Assembly: GCA_964016885.1 (NCBI GenBank)
Contig: OZ024741.1
Coordinates: 99,634,001 to 99,698,000, forward strand
Reading direction: 5' to 3'
Length of the DNA: 64,000 bases
DNA from: Eledone cirrhosa
Taxonomy: Eukaryota
Below the pieces are notes generated by a model. That model ran no database searches and was not told the DNA's origin. It was given only the letters and a program-made list of their open reading frames with translations. How positions within the stretch are numbered: the stretch's first letter is position 1; the number at the start of each line of letters is the position of its first letter. Both the position numbers and the translations under genes were made by a program. Of the stretch, positions 55,878-64,000 are shown in pieces.

Positions 55878-56546
55878 ATTAATGTCCATATAAATTACTA
55901 GAGTATTTAAGAATCTAAACTGTTATTGAACAACTCACTACTGGTGGCTCCCAGAATGGAGAAGGTTTATATATGATACTTTATTAGATAAGAACTTTAC
56001 AGAAATATTTAATTCAAAATTCAAACGAACTAATCAATAGTACGAAAGTAAATAATGAAAACGGTACTGAGTCAAGTTCCTAATGCAACCAGTAACAAAG
56101 TCATGATGCTACATATACGCCTTACCGAGAAAGCTAGTATACCTGTCCAAATTGATTAGCTAATAGTATATTTCAATTCAGATTCTCTTAAGAACCGAAA
56201 TAGAATATTCTGGAAATAACTCAATAAATAAAAATTACATGCATAAAGTAATAGAAACCTATATCACAAGTATCTTATACTCTGTTTAATAATGGTCTAA
56301 CTAGTTTAAATCTGGTTTAATCCTGATATATATAAACTGCGAGTAGGAATCAAATTATTTGATATGATAATATTCGGAAAGTAGATTATTTCCAGTAAGT
56401 AAATGAACAAAATATTACAGTTGTTTATTCAAGCGAAAATCGTAACGTATCTTTTCATTAATATCTGAAGATGAGAAAAATACAAGACAAACGCAAACAT
56501 GCCAGCAATTTTATGATTTACTCACATTCACATGATCTGACACAGC

Positions 56547-56638
<92 letters not shown>

Positions 56639-57371
56639 CTTAGAAAAGAACCACGCGTATTAAAATAGATGCATATGCTAAAACACATGAACATAGATAT
56701 TTATTTAGAAACAAAATTTCGAAATTGTATTATACATAGACGGTCGCAAACCCACAAATAGAGACCTAGAAATTCACACGCATACGCACACACACACGTG
56801 TGAAAAATCACGTTTAAAATGAATAAAAAATATTTAAAAAAACAGCAATTCAACAGCGATACCTATCAAAAGTTAATTCACATCATTTATTTCAGTTTCT
56901 TTTATAGCTAGAAATACAATTATCTTGATCCATCCCTCTTTACCGTCGTTGAATTTTGCTTTTGCACAAGACAAATTATATTTAAATTATAGCTCGCAAC
57001 TAAATATTATAAATAACTTTTTCATGCATCAAACATGTTATTAATAATATAAGTAGTCCGAAAATGAAAGTGCTTTTTTTAAAAGTTTCTTGTTTTCTTT
57101 GAAATTTTTTAGGTTCATTCATTCATTCTTTCTTCGTTTCTTTAATAATTTTTCTATATTTCTCTTTGGTTATTTTGATTCATTTATCATTACTCCGTTG
57201 CTTCCATTATTTAGTATTATGTATTCTACAGTATTTTTTTCGCTCGTTTAAACATTCTTGACAAACAATTCCTGTATGAGACCGTTCTATGTGACAATGT
57301 GGCAAGATATACGTAATGTGCAACTATATATATATATATAATGTGTGTATGTGTATGTACATGTATATCTA

Positions 57372-57445
<74 letters not shown>

Positions 57446-57799
57446 CATACATACATACACACTCACACGCACATATATATCAGCTGAACATTCTACAAAG
57501 TTTATCACGGAGCTTTGAGCCAAGGCATTTTTCAAATTAAAATTCGAAATTTCCTCGTGATCTATTTATAGTTTTGACATATAAATCAATAGAGTATTTT
57601 AAATCACCGTTAATAACACGTGGTTGTTGTGCTTAAATCCAAATACTTAGTAATATAACTATTTGTTAACAGGAATTTGAATATATGTACAGTTGTAATG
57701 AAAATTAGAAATACACGTGTGCAAACTAGACTTGCTGCTGTGAGACGGGAATCGTTTGACAAGAGCTACCTTTGTGCAAACCCGGTGTGCACTAGTTTT

Positions 57800-58110
57800 A
57801 ACTTCCGTCAGTCTATATGGATTTTATGGATTGCAACATTGTCTCCTCATTTAATGCAGCAGCTTCATGTGGCATATGTCAATCCATGGTATATACCCCG
57901 ATTTGGTGGTGATCTTGTGTCCGGTTGTTTCATCAAGAATGGGAAGTAGTCGTTTTTCTCCTCGATTATATAGATTCCATCACGCCGCCCATTTTATTCA
58001 TTAGCCACATTGTATATCTTTTGTGTATGATAGACCACATTACCACGTTCTCTATGCCCATGGGTATTTGCGTCCCATCTTCATGCATACCTTGCTGTAA
58101 ATAGATCCCA
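57800..58110 (-). mobile_element. Possible very old PLE-type RT relic
   Basis: Minus-strand pieces GSIYSKVCMKMG and IYIIEEKNDYFPFL resemble the PLE RT motifs G..Y.Q..G..MG and FT.E.E....LPFLD. Confidence 0.3.
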
Positions 58111-59242
58111 TCTCTGTGATTTCCTGTTGGAAATCAAGCAATGAGAGCCGATATTTGATGTATATAGAATAGTTTGATATTTGATGTATATAGAACAGTT
58201 AAGTTTTTTCAAATTACGTGTACTTCGACAGCCTTGTCACTGGACGAAGTTAACATCAGTATATCGTCCACATGCAAAGAGAAGAAAGCACAAGTATGAC
58301 ATATGGTAAGCGGACTACACTAAATCTAATCAATGCACGCGATGGCCAGTAGGCCCGACAGAGTTAATGACCACATCGTAGTCCCGATGCTCTCAAACAG
58401 GACATACGCATCATGTATGTGGTTATAAGGCAGTGTGTGGACGTCTGAAGCTAGGAGGCAGTTGCACTCGGGATCATCAGATGAGGTTACTCTGATGACT
58501 GGAAAGGATACTATGTCTAAGTTAAAGGGGTATCGATTATAATTGTTTAATTGGGTTATAATATTTCAATCTGTTAATTATTTAATAAATCTTCTCAATA
58601 TGCCAGAAACATACCTAAATATCATAAAGCCCTATGGCATAGGGCTTTATGATATTTAGACATATGAGAGGGTATTCTATAGAACGACCCATCAATTTCT
58701 GAGATGTAAATTTTTTTTATTCCGATCCTGTTTTGTTTGGCTTAAATTAGCCCACATGGTGGCCAGATTCCAGTTCCTGGTAGTGGGGTTACGCCTGATT
58801 TTGATAAGGCTAAACATATTTGTCAAAGACCTATTTAAGGGGCTCTCAAGCTGGCTGGATTGTGTAGCATTGTTTAGTTGGTAGAATGACAGTGCGTTAT
58901 GTAGTTCTTATTATTATTTCTCCTTGTCCGAAGGCATGTATGTATGCATTTTAGAACATAAGCTGTATAGTAAAAGACTAGGATCGTACGCATGCACACA
59001 CACAGAAGTAGTTACATAGGCACACACATACATACATGCATTTATACATACATAAACGCATACCTGCATACACCTTTTGTGTTTTTATATAAATGAATGC
59101 GCAGATATGTGTCTTTTTTACTGTTGCGTTTGTATCTGTGTATGGAGGTTAACGTTCTACAATAAATATATTCATCGTTTATATCAGAAAATTTATAAAT
59201 TTTATGTATTGTAATCCTCTGACAAAATATCTAAAGAATAAT

Positions 59243-59368
59243 TGTTTCTAAATTTGGCACAAGGCCAGCAATTACCCAGTACATTACTGGTACTTTATTT
59301 TATCGACCCCGTAAGGATGAAAGGCAAAGTTAACATCCCCGGGATTTGAACTTAGTCCGTAAAGGGAC
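59243..59368 (-). mobile_element. 5'-truncated SINE with 10-bp TSD
   Basis: Reverse complement of the SINE body. aaagaataat occurs at 59233-59242 and 59369-59378. Confidence 0.85.
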
Positions 59369-60463
59369 AAAGAATAATGTTGATTTCTATGGCCAAAATA
59401 TAATTAAATGTACAGCGACAACAAACATCCAGCTCATAAAACATTATGCCTATATGAATTAAGGAGCAGATAGCCTCTTCAATGGTCCTCTGTTGATTAG
59501 CCTTATATGCAGTTAAGTAACAACAAAGTGGGTAGCTCCTTTGAAACGTTGCATACAGAACGCGTTGCTCACATGCAACTGGGAAGCACCATCATTATTA
59601 GAACTTCAGTAGCTATTGTTCATTTAAAAACTTTCGTCAACATCCGTTCGTCCAGTGCATCAATTTAGAATCACATTTTAATTTCTTCATTATTGTCTGA
59701 CTATTATGCTAATACGTCTCTACTGACTATCTATACATACTGTCACATTATGTTAGTGTGAACCACTTGGTGATTACCAAACCCTAAGAAAGACTTTGTT
59801 ATTTTGTATGAAACAGCTTTAGAACAAAACCTATTACAATTTCAGGAGTTACACATCGTCGGGTAGATTACTTTTTAACTTCTCCATTGAATAGCATTAC
59901 ATTAGGTAGTGTGTTAATAGAGAATGTTACTCGAGGATTACGTAGCCGTAAGCTATTTCGATTCGCTATTTTATCATTTAAATCAGCATGTTACGAACAG
60001 AGAGAAACTCTGCACCATACAGAATTTTGCTTTTGCTTGTCTAAAATATCATGCACATATAAGTTGAATGAATAATCAATTCACGTTATATTAATGATTG
60101 CTGGTTTCTTAACATATTTATTTTCAGTTATTTTTCACGAATAATTTCATGGATCCTGAATTCCTCTTATCGGCTTAGGAGCATTCAAACCTGGTCGAGC
60201 TCATTCCTCTCTAGGCTTGAATACAGCCGAATTTGTCCGGAGTGAGAGAGAAAGAGAGAGAGGGGGGGATATATGGGGAGAGGAAGAAAGAGAGCGATAG
60301 AAAGAGAGATCAACTAAGTGCGTGCTGCGCTGGTAATTTATTTCACATCTTCGAAAGTGTGAAAAGCTAAGTTGATCTCCGTGAAAGACAACTTGGAACG
60401 TATGAGAGAGAGACAGAGAGAGAGAGAGAGAGGGAGAGAGAGAGAGTGAGAGAGAGGGAGAGA

Positions 60464-60515
<52 letters not shown>

Positions 60516-60522
60516 AGGAACC

Positions 60523-60640
60523 AATAATTGTTTCTACTTTTGGTACAAGGCTAGCAATTACGCCAGTGCATTACTGGTGCTTTATTTTATCGACCCGTAA
60601 AGGATGAAAGCTAACCTCAGCGGGATTTTCACACAGAATG
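60523..60640 (-). mobile_element. Truncated SINE next to (GA)n
   Basis: aataattgtttctacttttgg.acaagg...ttattttatcgaccc.taaaggatgaaag. Confidence 0.8.
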
Positions 60641-61228
60641 TGAGCAATAACCCGTATGTACATATAAAATATACGTGTATGTACAGAAGTGAACTATGGA
60701 TCATTTACTACGTTATTTGTTAAGAGCCAGAAGTGTTTGAAGATCAACCTTTCCTGTTTTAAATATGGAAAACGATGTTAAATATTGTAGTCCTATGTAT
60801 ATCTAAAATGATGGTAACAAACACATTTCTATAACTCCCTAATTTGGAGTGCTAATGAATATTTTAGATTACACAGATTTGCAACTCGCTCCAAATATTC
60901 TATCATTACAATTCACTTGATGTAGTGAAATCTTTTTTTTTTTTTTAATATACATTATACGTTCAGCCCATTCGATATATAATATATAATATACAATGCA
61001 TGATATTGAGTGTGTGTCTTCAATATATGAAAAATAAACAAAAGAATATGTGAGACATATCACCCCGCACCATATCATGTAAACGGATGTATTTACGAAT
61101 CTGAGAGGTAGGGGTCTCTCAGAAACTGAATACCAATAGAAGACGCAAATTACAAGAATCGACTCTAACATGATTTGTATATATATATATATATATGTAT
61201 ATATATACATACACACACACACACACAC

Positions 61229-61319
<91 letters not shown>

Positions 61320-61589
61320 CACACATACATATACATGTATATATATATAATATAGTTTATTTTGCGAGGTTTTTGATATGAAATCGTGTGTCGAAACAAA
61401 TATTGTTATACTTGGGGAGGGTCATATTGTTGTAATAATATTACCAGAAATAATAACAGAACACTGTTTGGTTGGTTTTCGCATCTGTATCTTTTATATC
61501 TCCACAGTTAATTCATTCGGTCCTCAATGTTTACCATTAACTGACCAACGGTCAAAAATACAGATATAATATAGATATAAACACATATA

Positions 61590-62304
61590 TATATAGTCTA
61601 ACAAAGCTCTTTCGTTGCACATCTGGAACATCGTCAGTGGTGCTATTATGGTCGACCTGTTGTATTGTATATCTACGCCAGAAAAGAGGGCGTAGATAAT
61701 ATATATATATATATATACATACATGGTGGCTGCCAACTCGTTTTCGAGTACGGCCACTACTTTATATCCATGTAGGAGAACCCCTACCGATGCGCTGAAC
61801 GAGTGTGACTTTTTACTCCAGCCAGCGACTTGAAAACTCTGGTACAAACACTACACTTGTGACAATTATTGATACATAGTGCTGGGCCCATGGTACCATG
61901 TGACGACAAGTGCAGAGAGATCTCCAGATATAAAGCAATGCCTGCGCCGTGAAGCTTTTATAGTGAGCAAAGGCACTGCACAAAGCCAGTCCCACTCTCT
62001 TAACCAAGATGATATTTACCAAAAAGAAGAACAAGTCAACATCATTGGATACCATCAGTGGTGCAGGTGTTATATCAAAGTTTTCCTTCTCCTAGAATTC
62101 TGCCTTGACAAAGGCTAAGGGGTCATCTCTCCCGGTGATTTTGGATGGCCATTGACTCTTAAGAGCTCCTTTTCCCTTTGACAGGTTTTGTTTTTAGTCC
62201 TGCAGGATGTCCAAAGTCACCCTCCTCACCAAGAAACCTTGGTGGGGTTGCCAGTTTAGTCACCAACGACCCGACCATGGGAGAGGTTGTACTGGTATAC
62301 ATGT

Positions 62305-62393
<89 letters not shown>

Positions 62394-62430
62394 ATATATA
62401 TATTGTTATACTTTAGGAGGGTCATGTTAC
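61590..62430 (-). mobile_element. 5' portion of an RTE-like LINE (5' UTR plus decayed APE start)
   Basis: Minus-strand ORF pieces SASVGVLL...IIYA resemble RTE APE motifs. An HDV-like fold lies at the 5' end, as is known for RTE elements. Confidence 0.55.
62251..62426 (-). ncRNA. HDV-like ribozyme candidate with a microsatellite-filled J1/2
   Basis: Minus strand: cATGACC [J1/2 including (TA)n] CCAGT-a-CaACC-TCTCCCAT-GGTcG-GGTCGTT-GG-tga-CTAA-ACTGG. P1, P2, P3, L3, GG and CTAA appear in HDV order. Confidence 0.55.
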
Positions 62431-62490
62431 CAATAAGAAACAAACGCACCAGCTGCTTTCACTTCAATTTATTATAAATTAAATTATAAA

Positions 62491-64000
62491 TTTAAAAACT
62501 TATAAATTTCCGGTTGGCTGGTTGGTTCCACAACCAGACGGTTCATATATTGTCAAAGTTCTTTCGTCTCACATTCTGTGACCTCTTCAGTGACTGAGGA
62601 TTCTTTTTTTTTTGTGCCTCTCCCTTGTTTTAGAGAACAGTCAGGAAATAGAGAAAAACACCATGGAAAGCTTCCAGCAAATAACTAACTCCATCCACCA
62701 GAATATCAAAGTAACTATAGACGACCCAAGCAAACACCCCAACCATCGATTACCTGTACTAGACGCAGAGCTTTGGTTAGAAACCATTAACAATAAAAAA
62801 CAAATCCTCCATTCCAATTATGCCAAACCCATGACTTCCAAATACCTGATCCACCGAAACTCAGCTGTTTCGGATCACACCAAAATCAACATACTGATTG
62901 CGGATTTAGTAAGGGTGATGAGGAACGTGTCCCGCATGTGCAACCCCAAAGAACTAGAGACACACATACAACACATCATCCACCGTATGCAGTTCTCTGG
63001 TTACAATCAGAGAGATAAAACCAGAGTATATAGAGGAGCCAGAACCAAATGGGAAAAAATGGTAAATAATGATCCAAATGGGACCTGCCCCTTGTATAGG
63101 AGTAAATTTTGGAATAGAATAGAAAGAACTAGAAATAAGATTAATAAAATAAACTCATGGTATGATAGCAATAAATAACAGAGTGTAATGTTCATCAATA
63201 CAACCCCTAGAGATTAACTAGCTTACAAATTTAGAAGGGCCCTAGATACACTTAAACTAAATATTAAGATAATGGAAAGACCAGGTACCTCCATAAAACA
63301 CTTATTATTAATACATACTCTTTTCAAAGACCTCCCTGTATAGATAGGAAATGCATAATCTGTAAACTAAGCCCCCATATTAACTGTACAACTAGAAACC
63401 TAGTATATAGCATAAGATGTACTCAGGGACAATGTAAAGATAAGAATATAATGTTCGTAGCATAGGAGAACGATTAAATGAAAACTGGCGAGAACTGCAA
63501 TATAGAAAAAACTCATCAGTACTCCACCAACATGCGAAAATAGAACATAACGGCAAATTAGAGAACATAGAAATAAAAATAGAATCTACGCACAGAAAAG
63601 ACGCAATGTTTAGACAAATCACAGAGTCAATAAACATAAATGAACTCCAACCAAATTAAATAGAAAACATGAATGGAATAGTAACATCACAACTCACAAT
63701 TAAAGGACAAAATGAAAATACACACACATAGAATAAACAACTAACTAGTAACATATAAATAAACAAATAAATAAACAAATAAAAACACACACAGACACAC
63801 GGATGTAACACATGCGCAAACTAAGAACACAACACACACAAAAATAAGATGGCGTAGGACAGAACAAAGGAGAGGCACAAAAATAAGTATCCCCAGTCAT
63901 TGAAGAGGTCACAGAATGTGTGACGAAAGAACTTTGACAATATTTGAACAACCGTCCGGTTGTGGAACCAACTAACCAACCGGAAATTTATAAACTTTTA
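62491..64000 (+). mobile_element. 5'-truncated PLE (C-terminal endonuclease, Cys-rich linker) with inverted pseudo-LTR; arms about 62491-62631 and 63860-64000+
   Basis: RT thumb: VTIDDPSKHPNHRLPVLD...YAKPM...IHRNSA. Then a broken frame: ERPGTSIK, PCIDRKCIIC...NCTTRNLVYSIRC, RSIGERL..HQH. The arms are reverse-complementary. Confidence 0.88.
62552..62594 (-). ncRNA. Minimal type I hammerhead; mirror copy at 63896-63938 on the plus strand
   Basis: GTCA-CTGAAGA-g-GTCACA gaatg TG(A/T)GAC-GAAA-GAAC-TT-TGAC. The minus copy has the intact core. The plus copy has a perfect stem II but the core TTGAAGA. Confidence 0.8.

Noticed and set aside
58473-58510. TCATCAGA/TCTGATGA hairpin followed by CTGGAAA
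   Set aside because: There is no room for stem II and no stem I. A short hairpin like this could be chance.

Overview
This is AT-rich, microsatellite-dense eukaryotic DNA, probably from a cephalopod (inferred from an octopus-like SINE family), with a 200-N gap at 4336-4535. I could not support any host gene, and most ORFs in the track are microsatellite artefacts. The window consists mainly of transposon relics: a near-full-length but disrupted Helitron (20190-25399, minus strand), three coding Penelope-like element (PLE) fragments with inverted termini, a 5'-truncated CRE-like retrotransposon with a restriction-like endonuclease (REL) plus a second fragment, RTE and CR1/L2-type LINE pieces, mariner relics and many SINEs. 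The most notable signal is a set of self-cleaving-ribozyme folds read by eye. At least seven unrelated PLE-type termini carry complete or partial hammerhead motifs, some with non-canonical cores. Most sit in fold-back palindromes next to (TA)n tracts. An RTE 5' end also carries an HDV-like ribozyme candidate whose J1/2 linker contains a (TA)n microsatellite. No database search or folding program was run.
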